Below are positions 35,070 through 44,800 of a stretch of DNA of 64,000 bases, piece by piece. Origin of the DNA: a virus (Duplodnaviria; Heunggongvirae; Uroviricota; Caudoviricetes); IMG/VR virus record IMGVR_UViG_3300021256_000061; one strand, 5' to 3'. The notes under the pieces are model-generated. The model searched no databases and was not told the DNA's origin. It saw only the letters and a program-made list of their open reading frames with translations. Every line of letters begins with the position of its first letter. Positions within the stretch are counted from its first letter, which is position 1. The position numbers and the translations under genes were made by a program.

Positions 35070-36173
35070 TTAATTAAAGAAGGTTTTGAGTGCCTCTTTT
35101 TGCTTCTTATTAAGTTTATTGGGGTAAATATATTTGATTACCACAACCAGGTCTCCAGTGCTGATATTTCTACCAAACCTATCCATGATTGGCATGCCCT
35201 TTCCCTTGAAAGTAAATGTGGCTCCATCCTTTGTTAATTCGGGGACGGTAAGATTTACTTTGGAGCCGTCAATGCACGTTATTTCTTTTTTATAACCAAG
35301 TATTGCCTCAGTAAATTTAACTTCCTCCGTATATATTAAGTTTTCCGCTTGACGGGCAAATTTAGAGTGCGCGGTAATTCTGAATGTTACTAAAAGGTCG
35401 CCGTTGGGACCACCGTTTTCCCCTGCGTTTCCCATTCCAGTATATGCTATTGTGGTCCCATTGTCTACGCCCATTGGTATCGTAATCTCGATTTCCTCGG
35501 GTACGAACTTTGTGCCTGTTCCGTTGCACTTGTGGCACGGGGTTGTGGGTGATTGTCCAGTTCCATGGCAATACGGACAAGAATGTGATATCACCGTCTG
35601 CATATTTCCCCTCGTTGTAACCTGAGAAATCATTCCAGTTCCTTTACAGTGGGGGCAGGTGTGCCTTTTACCATCTTCAGAACCACTCCCGTGACAATGG
35701 TCACAATCTTCAAGGCGGTTAATTTTAACTTTTTTCTTTGTTCCGTGGTAAGCTTCTTCGAGTGTAATTTCTATTGTGGTTCGAATATCGCTCCCCTGCG
35801 TCGGTGCATTTGGGGAAGGCTGTTGCCCGCCAAAACCGAACCCAAAGGGCCCAAATCCGCCAAAGTGACCAAAGCCCCCTCCGAAGGGGTTGAAGCCATT
35901 TCCAAAGGGATTAAATCCTTCAAATGAGGCCCCATTATCATATTGATTGCGTTTTTCTTCATCAGAAAGAATGCTGTATGCTTCGGAAATTTTCTTAAAT
36001 TTTTCTTCAGCGGTTTTTTTCTCCTCTTCAGTGCCGTTTACCCACTTGTCTGGGTGCCACTTGAGGCTAAGTTTGCGGAAGTTCTTTGAAAGTTTGTCGG
36101 TAAAGTCTTTGCCGTGTAACTTTTTGTCTTCTTCGCTAAGTTCTAAAATGTCATAATAATCATTCTCTGCCAT
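35070..36173 (-). CDS. dnaJ: DnaJ (Hsp40) co-chaperone, full type-I architecture
   Basis: J-domain with HPD (LSLKWHPDK), Gly/Phe-rich linker, four CxxCxGxG zinc-finger repeats, C-terminal domains. Confidence 0.85.
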   Translation of the reverse strand: MAENDYYDILELSEEDKKLHGKDFTDKLSKNFRKLSLKWHPDKWVNGTEEEKKTAEEKFKKISEAYSILSDEEKRNQYDNGASFEGFNPFGNGFNPFGGGFGHFGGFGPFGFGFGGQQPSPNAPTQGSDIRTTIEITLEEAYHGTKKKVKINRLEDCDHCHGSGSEDGKRHTCPHCKGTGMISQVTTRGNMQTVISHSCPYCHGTGQSPTTPCHKCNGTGTKFVPEEIEITIPMGVDNGTTIAYTGMGNAGENGGPNGDLLVTFRITAHSKFARQAENLIYTEEVKFTEAILGYKKEITCIDGSKVNLTVPELTKDGATFTFKGKGMPIMDRFGRNISTGDLVVVIKYIYPNKLNKKQKEALKTFFN

Positions 36174-36261
36174 TGCTATCTAAGTATTTGACCTTGCAAA
36201 TATAAAAAACTTTCAATTAAAAAACAAACATCTGGGACTATTTATTAAAAAATATCTTTTA

Positions 36262-37908
36262 ATGCCTGCAAATATAAAAATAAATAATGTAAAATCAATA
36301 CGTTTCAGATGTAATTACGATAAGTATTATGATTTTATGTTATATAAAGGAGAATGCTATGGAGATGGTTCCTTTGGGGATTGTCTTGCGGCGGATATTA
36401 CTCCTTACTCATTGGCTGATGATGGCAAACTCTATTCAAAAGCCGTATGGGGCGGTGCCGTTAGTGAAGGTGCCGAATTAAAGGATATCGGCTTTACTGG
36501 CATTGATAACGGCTTCATTACATATAATAAAGATGAGATTTCAAACCAGGAGTTTCTTGATATATTCACAGGTAGCACATATACCATTGCTGCGGGGGAC
36601 AGAAGACTGTTTTTGAGCCCCGTATCAGGAAACACGCAGACTTTTGTATACCCTACGGAAATACTGGAAGATGAGAAAGGTAAATATTTTTCATTAAAAG
36701 GCGGCTTTTATCAAGGATTTTATAAGCTCTTTGGGTTTAATTATCAAACATTACCATCATACATAGATAATAGTTGGAATCTTTCATTTACTTTAAGAAG
36801 GAGAAGCGATTATGAGACCGAGGCAGATACATTAAACAATCTCCACCCCGAAAATTCTGGTATATTTTTCTACATGGGTGCCAGGGCTGAAAATAAATTC
36901 TGGCATCTTTACAATACTGAAGGAATGGATGAGTTTTACATTGATAGTGCGGTTGATGATGGCTATTTTGCTGATTGGGATATGGAAAATTATGTTACTG
37001 ACGATGATTATGTGGAAGAAGAGGACGGAGAGTATTCGTTAGACCCAGAATATTGGCAGAAAGAAACCGATTTGTCACAAGTCTCGGCTTCAACGAGCGG
37101 CGGTTATGATTTGGACAAAAAGGGATACTACGAAATTGAAACGGACAATAAATTCATATTTTTCAACAGAACTTGTACTGGGTTTACAGTAAATAATTGG
37201 GATGAAGACACATCTGTTGTTTTAAGCGGAAGAACAGATTGGACGGATGAGAATTACTTTATTACTTTTAACAGAACTTGTACGGGAAGAACGGTAAACG
37301 ATGCTGATGAATATAATGAGCAGCATACGCGCACGTATGATATTTTTAAAGACATCAAGAACAATAGTTTCGCCTTGAAAATCAATGATGATGGAAGTAT
37401 CGGTTATAGAATGGGAAGTCTTGACTGTGAAGAAGAGCATGGATACGGGATTAAGGAGGAATTTTCTAAACCAGGTATAATACCCCAGGACGAATGGGTT
37501 AACATTAATGTTGAGATGCGTATTCAAAACCCAGTAGAAACTCAATGTATTAGTGATTCTGGTACCACAGTAACAACAGTTTCGACACATATAGGTGAAA
37601 GAAAAATGAAAATCTACATCTATGTAAATGGATACCTCGTCTTTGTTAGTAAAGAACTCCCTGAATTTAACTTCAAAGAGCTAAATGAAGTATATCAAAA
37701 ACAGGAGGGCGTTCCTTTCAATATTTCAATTGGAGGCGGAACACAGGGCCTTTTGGAAGAAGTGTTTGTTGATTACTATAAAACCACACAATATTGTTTA
37801 CCAATTGAAAAGAATTTTGCTGGAACATTTATTGGGGATATTCGTTCATTTAAATTTTATCCATGTTTTTTGGACTATCCTACAATAAAGAAGATGACAA
37901 ATCTTTGA
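36262..37908 (+). CDS. large hypothetical protein (548 aa), probable virion/structural
   Basis: ORF; internal duplicated FNRTCTG(F/R)TVN segment; GACTATTTATT upstream. Confidence 0.5.
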   Translation: MPANIKINNVKSIRFRCNYDKYYDFMLYKGECYGDGSFGDCLAADITPYSLADDGKLYSKAVWGGAVSEGAELKDIGFTGIDNGFITYNKDEISNQEFLDIFTGSTYTIAAGDRRLFLSPVSGNTQTFVYPTEILEDEKGKYFSLKGGFYQGFYKLFGFNYQTLPSYIDNSWNLSFTLRRRSDYETEADTLNNLHPENSGIFFYMGARAENKFWHLYNTEGMDEFYIDSAVDDGYFADWDMENYVTDDDYVEEEDGEYSLDPEYWQKETDLSQVSASTSGGYDLDKKGYYEIETDNKFIFFNRTCTGFTVNNWDEDTSVVLSGRTDWTDENYFITFNRTCTGRTVNDADEYNEQHTRTYDIFKDIKNNSFALKINDDGSIGYRMGSLDCEEEHGYGIKEEFSKPGIIPQDEWVNINVEMRIQNPVETQCISDSGTTVTTVSTHIGERKMKIYIYVNGYLVFVSKELPEFNFKELNEVYQKQEGVPFNISIGGGTQGLLEEVFVDYYKTTQYCLPIEKNFAGTFIGDIRSFKFYPCFLDYPTIKKMTNL

Positions 37909-37957
37909 CTGATAAACAACTATTTATAGAAAAATAAGGTTTAACTAAATAAACGAA

Positions 37958-39892
37958 ATGGCAGATATTAATGGCGTAAGATATTATAAGCGTAGGGCTA
38001 TATATGAGAATGACGTAACCCTTAACAAGTCTCTTCTTGGCGAAGAGATTGATGGAAATTTCTTTTTCCTAAGAGGTAACGACATTGATAAAATTGGTGT
38101 TGATGAAGAAAATCATCTTCTAACTCTGGAGCGTGTCAATGGACAAAAATTAACAGTTGACATTAGCCAGGAAATAGGCGATACTGTACTCTCTTTTGAC
38201 CCTGAAACAGGCGTTTTACATGTGGTTACCCCCGCTAGCGAGTATGACGTGACGGGATTTTTGTCTTTAGAGACGGGTCTTCATATTGCAAGTGATGAAA
38301 CGCTTAAAGGTGAAGGTACCATTGAAAAGCCCCTCGGAATTTCTGAGAACGAAAGGACTGGCATGCTTGCCGTCGCAGATGAATATATCGACATGACGGG
38401 GGAATATGTTTTGCCTGTTGATGTTGTTAAAGGTTACCGTTACGTAAGTAAAGAGCGTATAGACGATTTTGGGCTTCTTTACAATTACGCTGGTGTTGAG
38501 AAGATAGCCGAATATCTTGCTGAAATTTCAAGCGAGTGGCGTGTTCCTTCACGTGAAGATTGGGCTTCAATGCTTGATGCGGTCGAAGATGCTGATGCCT
38601 GCAGAACCAAATCGATGCACGACAGTGAAGAAAGTGGTGTATATCTTGGCGAGGTTGCAGGTGCAAGACTTAAGTCAACAAATCTCTGGTCCGCATCTAC
38701 GGCTCCAGGACTTGACGAATTCGGATTCAACGTTTTACCACTCGGCTATATCGATGAAAGTGGCTCTGAGCTTGACGATGTTGTATATAAAAGAGCATCA
38801 TTCTGGACTTCAACGGAAGAAAGCCTAAGGCAGGAAGTATATATTAAAGGTTTTGCTTATAACACACCTAAAGTATATCAGGGAACCTGGGACCAACGCG
38901 CAAAAGCATCTTTGAGGCTTGTTAAAGATAATGATGGTTCTAACTTCTTTACAAACGAAATTATTGCTGGTGAAACAGTTCCTTGTGTCCAAATGCCAAA
39001 TGGTACAATATGGACATCCAAAAACATTGGGTTTAGAGACGAGGCGTTCTCTGGTGTTACTTCTGAAAAATGGGAAGAAATTGAACATGAAACCAATATC
39101 GGTTTCTATATTAACACATTTGATGGGCGTCAATGGATAAAGAGGCGTATGACCGATGGTGAAACCATCGTTATTAAACTCAATGAAGATAAGGAATATT
39201 CAACATGGAGAGTGATTGGTGACGAGCTTCGTGGGCTTGACGGTGTTGTGGACCTTGATGCTGAAACAAAGGCAAGAATTAACGGTGATAATGCACTTGC
39301 TGAAAGGATTGAAACACTTAGCTCTGCGTTAACCGAAGCCCTCGAGAGAGTTGAGATTCTTTCGGAACGTGTTTCTGAACTTGAAGATAGAGATTTCTGG
39401 GCGATTTATGGCACCACAAGTGAAGCTGAAATTAGAGCAGCTAATACTGCAAATAAAAATGTTTGCTGTAAATATAACTCTTGCATCTATCGCTTGGCTT
39501 ATGCTGGTTCAAGCGTTGTGTTCTCTTGTACAACTAATTTAACCACGCCTGCAGGTGTTAACTTCCTGACCGTTCGCGGAACGCAATGGTTTGTTTTAAC
39601 CGTTCCTAATCTTATTACATCGCAAGTATTGGACAATAAGGTTGGTCCTATTGAAAATAAAGTTGTTGCCCTTAACGGTGCTACCGCAGATACATTCCTC
39701 AGGAATGTTATGGAGGTTATTGACGATGTTGTTCTCGGATATCCTCAAAACATTTCAGTTGTTAAGGTTGACAGTAATGACCATATTACTGAAAGTCTCG
39801 ATGATACTGTGGCGTTTAGGATTAAGTTTGCCCCTGACGTCATCTTCCTTGCGGATACAATATATGAGAACGATGACAATATTGAACCTTAA
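37958..39892 (+). CDS. large hypothetical protein (644 aa), probable virion/structural
   Basis: ORF with central coiled coil (AERIETLSSALTEALERVEILSERVSELE). Confidence 0.5.
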   Translation: MADINGVRYYKRRAIYENDVTLNKSLLGEEIDGNFFFLRGNDIDKIGVDEENHLLTLERVNGQKLTVDISQEIGDTVLSFDPETGVLHVVTPASEYDVTGFLSLETGLHIASDETLKGEGTIEKPLGISENERTGMLAVADEYIDMTGEYVLPVDVVKGYRYVSKERIDDFGLLYNYAGVEKIAEYLAEISSEWRVPSREDWASMLDAVEDADACRTKSMHDSEESGVYLGEVAGARLKSTNLWSASTAPGLDEFGFNVLPLGYIDESGSELDDVVYKRASFWTSTEESLRQEVYIKGFAYNTPKVYQGTWDQRAKASLRLVKDNDGSNFFTNEIIAGETVPCVQMPNGTIWTSKNIGFRDEAFSGVTSEKWEEIEHETNIGFYINTFDGRQWIKRRMTDGETIVIKLNEDKEYSTWRVIGDELRGLDGVVDLDAETKARINGDNALAERIETLSSALTEALERVEILSERVSELEDRDFWAIYGTTSEAEIRAANTANKNVCCKYNSCIYRLAYAGSSVVFSCTTNLTTPAGVNFLTVRGTQWFVLTVPNLITSQVLDNKVGPIENKVVALNGATADTFLRNVMEVIDDVVLGYPQNISVVKVDSNDHITESLDDTVAFRIKFAPDVIFLADTIYENDDNIEP

Positions 39893-39911
39893 GATTATTC
39901 ATCCAAACAAA

Positions 39912-39940
39912 AACCACGGTTTTAAGCCGTGGTTTTTTTA
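39912..39940. terminator. rho-independent terminator
   Basis: aaccacgg ttttaag ccgtggtt + T7. Confidence 0.7.
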
Positions 39941-40693
39941 TTTAATACATTCGTATACTGATAAAAGTGTGTCTTCTGGTAGTGGTACGATGAATCTGTC
40001 ATAAAAATTTGAAACCCATTCAAATTGGTTTTGGGTGTCTCCCAATTCAAGCCAGCCTGTTTCTTTGGACAAAAAGGCGTAACCCCAGAATGCCGTACTG
40101 CTCATAACATAATTTTCTTTGGTTCCGAATTTCATGAAGTAAACCTTTCTCTCCTTCATGTTATCATATATCAGTTTTTCGGTTTCGTTTTGTGGTTCTT
40201 CGCCGTCTATAACAATTTCCCATGCGCGACGATAAACGTCCTGACCGCTAAGATGCATCGATGACCAGTCGATTTCTGATTTGTGGGCCTGGTATTTTTC
40301 TTCTCCCTTTAATGTCAAAAATGGTATTGAGAAATTTTTCCCCAATTGATGGTGTCGCCATTTGCCGTCCTTATTTTTATCTGAATAAGCGTCTCTCGTT
40401 GTTTTTTTAAGAGTTAGGCCGTCGGTTAGGTCGTCATAGAATTCGTCAGGAGTTGCCGTTGCAATCCAACTGTAATCACTAAGCAATTCTTCTCTTTCTG
40501 ATTCGCTCAGATTTTCGTTCTTAAGCGCAGCCTCATACATCTTCATATGAAGGGCCTTAAGCTTTTCTGCGTCGCAATACTTATAGACAAGGTAGGGCTC
40601 TACTTTTTTGTTGGAATCATATTGTTCCATTAATTCTTCTGGGTTGTCACCAGCAACAATGCATACAAAGTGCTGATAGTCTTCACTGTTCAT
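39938..40693 (-). CDS. hypothetical protein (251 aa)
   Basis: ORF. Confidence 0.5.
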   Translation of the reverse strand: MNSEDYQHFVCIVAGDNPEELMEQYDSNKKVEPYLVYKYCDAEKLKALHMKMYEAALKNENLSESEREELLSDYSWIATATPDEFYDDLTDGLTLKKTTRDAYSDKNKDGKWRHHQLGKNFSIPFLTLKGEEKYQAHKSEIDWSSMHLSGQDVYRRAWEIVIDGEEPQNETEKLIYDNMKERKVYFMKFGTKENYVMSSTAFWGYAFLSKETGWLELGDTQNQFEWVSNFYDRFIVPLPEDTLLSVYECIK

Positions 40694-40982
40694 TTTCTTC
40701 TATTCCATCTGGTAATTTATTATTTTGATATTTGTATATCTTCAGTATTTGATTCATGGCCTGAAATTTTGCTTTATACTCACCAAGTTTGTTGCGGTTG
40801 AGGCCGTATAATAACAAAAACATCTCCTTATATGTTAATTTTTCTTTCCTTTTTCCGAGGAAGAAACAACATAGCTTATATAGCCAATTGGAATGTTCAA
40901 TCGACTGTATCTTTTCATTCATCCACGCAAGCTTGGGTAATTCTACTATTTCTGTATTCATAGAATAAAGACAACCCCCCAC
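40683..40982 (-). CDS. hypothetical protein (99 aa)
   Basis: ORF. Confidence 0.4.
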   Translation of the reverse strand: MGGCLYSMNTEIVELPKLAWMNEKIQSIEHSNWLYKLCCFFLGKRKEKLTYKEMFLLLYGLNRNKLGEYKAKFQAMNQILKIYKYQNNKLPDGIEENEQ

Positions 40983-41185
40983 GTTAAGGCCATTATTATT
41001 GAAAGGATAAATCTCATGCTCGCAAAAGTAGCGGACTCATCCTTGGGTGGTTCTTTGCCATCTAGGGCAAATGTGTTTCGCCAAGTAAATATTTGGGTAA
41101 AATCAGCAATAAAATTATTGACGTAAAGACCCGTGCATATCATGGCTATTACAAAGCAAATATATTTTAATACAATCATAAGCAA
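40958..41185 (-). CDS. small membrane protein (75 aa)
   Basis: Two hydrophobic segments. Confidence 0.35.
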   Translation of the reverse strand: MLMIVLKYICFVIAMICTGLYVNNFIADFTQIFTWRNTFALDGKEPPKDESATFASMRFILSIIMALTWGVVFIL

Positions 41186-41210
41186 AAAAAGAGGGGCGTT
41201 AGGGCCCCTC
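41184..41210 (-). terminator. rho-independent terminator of the SSB gene
   Basis: gaggggc gttagg gcccctc preceded by A7 on the plus strand (T7 on minus). Confidence 0.6.
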
Positions 41211-41233
41211 AGGATTTGTGTTAACAGTTTTTG

Positions 41234-41725
41234 TTAGAACGGAAGGTCGTCCTCGCTATCAGCGGTGCTGGTTTCCGACGGCAATACGCTTACGCTTGTA
41301 TTGGCCTCGACTGCCGCATAATCAGTTTCTACTGGTGCACTGCTTACAGCGATGCTGGGCTCTTCAACTGGTGTTGCTTGAGCTGATGCGGCATTGTCTC
41401 CTCCCTCTTTCTTGTTGCTACCGCCAGAAAATTCGATGTAGTTTGCAAGAACGTGGTGGTTAATAAAAAGCCTACCATCTTTTCCGAGGTTGCCCACGGA
41501 ATCGAGAACTCCCGACACGAACACCTTTGCACCTTTCTTAAGATAAGGGGTCTTATGCTCAATGTCGCTAGAATTGAAACTGGTTACGTCAATGAACTCC
41601 GTTTTGTTTTCTCCCTTAATGTAAGTTGTATTACCTACTTTGAAGTTGAGATAACTGTTACCCTTGGGGGTTTGTTTAACTTCTGCATCCTTCGCGAGGA
41701 AGCCATCAAAATTCAAAATTTTCAT
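41234..41725 (-). CDS. ssb: single-stranded DNA-binding protein
   Basis: OB-fold pattern typical of bacterial SSB; acidic C-terminal tail ...SEDDLPF (the DDDIPF-type tip). Confidence 0.75.
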   Translation of the reverse strand: MKILNFDGFLAKDAEVKQTPKGNSYLNFKVGNTTYIKGENKTEFIDVTSFNSSDIEHKTPYLKKGAKVFVSGVLDSVGNLGKDGRLFINHHVLANYIEFSGGSNKKEGGDNAASAQATPVEEPSIAVSSAPVETDYAAVEANTSVSVLPSETSTADSEDDLPF

Positions 41726-41899
41726 ATATCTTAACGTTAAATAATATGTTTAAAATTCAACTCTTCAAATTTTCAATTCAAAGGTATATACTTTTTTTTA
41801 AAAAAACAAATAATAGAGAACGTAATAATGGGACCTTAAAACTATTTATAGTGTAAATAAAGGGTATATATCCTTCAACATAGAAAATAATTCATAAAT

Positions 41900-44800
41900 A
41901 TGAAAGTCATACACAAAAGAAGTAATGGCAATTCTTTGCCTGCAGCAAGCGCAATTACATATGGTGAAATAGCTGTTAATTACAAAAGTGGCGGTGAGGC
42001 GCTTATAATTAAAAACGATAGTGATGAAATAGTAACCTTTGGGACCGATAAAAAAAATCCATTCGAACCAGGGACAGGAGTTAATAGTGCGCAATTAAAA
42101 GGAACTGGTGCAATAGCAAGTGGTGAAAATTCTGTGGCGGAGGGGGCAGATAACATAGAAGGGCAAACTACACCAGATGCTGGGGATGAGTTATTATATG
42201 CTAAGGCAGAGGGTTATGCCTCTCATGCTGAAGGCGCAGCCCATGCTATCGGTAAATACAGTCACGCAGAGGGGGGTGGCGACAGTATCCAAGAAGGATA
42301 TAAAACAGTCCCAACCGCTGAGGGCGCGTATTCTCATGCCGAAGGCACACATACTTATGCGAAAGGCTCTCGCTCACACGCTGAGGGCCTCTTAACTCAG
42401 GCTCTCGGTGACGGCTCACATGTCGAGGGCTATAAAACAATAGGCAGGAATGCTAATGACCACGCAGAAGGCCTTGAAACCGTGGCGGAGGGATGGGGCT
42501 CCCATGCTGAGGGGGAATTATCCGTGGCGTCTGCCGCAAGGTCTCATGCAGAAGGGTATAACACAAAGACGGGAGGGAGTGATACGGCTAATACGAGAAC
42601 GGCTGGTACCGTCGCTGGCGCATATTCCCACGCAGAAGGCAATGCATCAATTGCTAATGGTCAGGCAGCACATGCTGAAGGAACAAATACTTTGGCATCA
42701 AACCATTCAAGTCATGCAGAAGGCAATAAAACAATAGCATCTGCTCCTCAATCTCATGCTGAAGGCATAAATACACAGGCTACTGCAAATAGAGCTCATG
42801 CTGAGGGCAACGGCAGTATTGCGAGTGGAGAAAATTCTCACGCAGAGGGAGTTAATACTACAGCAATAGGGAACGGTGCTCATGCCGAAGGTAATAATAC
42901 TATTGCCCAAGGGACGCAGTCTCATGCGGAAGGATTATCTACTGTGGCATCTGGTGAGCGTAGTCATGCTGAAGGTAACGGGACAACGGCGACTGGTAGT
43001 TTCTCCCATGCGGAAAACCGTACCACAATAGCAGGGGGACACTCTTCCCACGCAGAGGGATACCAAACCGTAGCAGGTACCGCGGAGAAACAGGCATCTA
43101 ACGGTGATACAACTGACGGCTATTTTACTCATGCTGAAGGAAATGGAACGAGAGCATATGGCAATAGCTCCCATGCTGAAGGAAAAGATACACAAGCAAA
43201 TGGATTGGCATCTCATGCCGAAGGCTTAAGAACTGTTGCAAGTGGTAGTATTAGTCATGCAGAGGGTGCTGATACCATTGCTTCAGGTGAAAGGGCACAC
43301 GCTGAAGGGAACGGTACAAGGGCATCTGGCGGTTATTCACATGCCGAAGGTGATGCCACTTTTGCTTCTGGTTCTTCTTCACATGCTGAGGGCTATAAAA
43401 CAAAGGCAAGTGGCGATAGTTCTCACGCCGAGGGCGCCGCAACAACTGCATCTGATTCTTGCTCACATGCAGAAGGTGGAAGTACTACTGCATCTGGTCC
43501 TTACTCACACGCAGAAGGTTTCAATACTACTGCATCTGGTGCAAGGTCACATGCAGAGGGAAACTTTACTACTGCATCTACGGCGGCCTCACATGCAGAA
43601 GGTGGAAGTACTACTGCATCTGGTCCTTACTCACACGCAGAAGGTTTCAATACTACTGCATCTGGTGCAAGGTCACATGCAGAGGGAACTTCAACACATA
43701 AATATAATGGAGAAGAAGTACACACTTATGGGTCTTATTCTCTCGCCAGTGGTGAATCATCACATGTTGAAGGCAGTAATACTAAGGCAACTGGTAATTG
43801 TTCGCATGCAGAGGGAAATGAAACGTGGGCATCTGGTCAACATTCACATGCAGAAGGCTTGTCATCTGTCGCATCTGGCAACTATTCACATGCAGAAGGC
43901 TCGTTATCTGTCGCATCTGGAGACTATTCACATGCAGAAGGCGATTATACAGTTACTTACAATCATGCTGAGCATGCAGGTGGCCGATGTAATATATCGC
44001 ATAAGGCTTCAGATGATTTTGGCAATCCTGGCAATACACTTGTATCTTATGGTATAGGCTATGTTGAAGGAGAGGCTAATGTACACAAGAATGCCTTCGA
44101 GATAATGCAAAATGGCGATGCCTACTTATATGGCGTCGGAGGGTATGACGGAACCAATGCAACGGCAAGCACATCAAACACATTACAACAATGCTTGAGT
44201 AAAATAGGCAATTTAACTGAAATTACATGGTCTGCACTCAAATCACTTCGTGACAGCAGCGGATTAACCCCTGGCATGCAATATAGGATTACTGATTATA
44301 ACACTACGACAACTCAGGCCAATACCCAATCTGCGGGGCATCAGTTTGATATCATCGTTGTTGCAGATGATAACCATACTCTTAATGAAAATGCAAGGGC
44401 TATAAAGCATGCAGGAGATACTTATTTCACTGGTGCTACGTTGGAAGCCTGGGAATTAAAATATGATATTGATAACGATACTACTAAATATAGCTGGGCT
44501 GATGCAACTAATGGTAAAGGTGTTATCTATTGGATGAAGGATGAATTTAATAATGAATGCCCTTATGACTTTAAGAATATTCAGTTCAAACGTAAAATAT
44601 CTCTTTCAAATGGATACCCTGAATTAGACTTAACTGGTGGCACAGATACCTGGGTCTTTACATTTGCCGCAACATCATATCATATAACAAATGACATATG
44701 GTCGGATTTGAAAGATGGTTCTTTGGAACCTCCATATGGTCATGAAAGTGATAAAAATACTAGTACTTATCATGATAATGTCATGGGAAGATATATAAAA

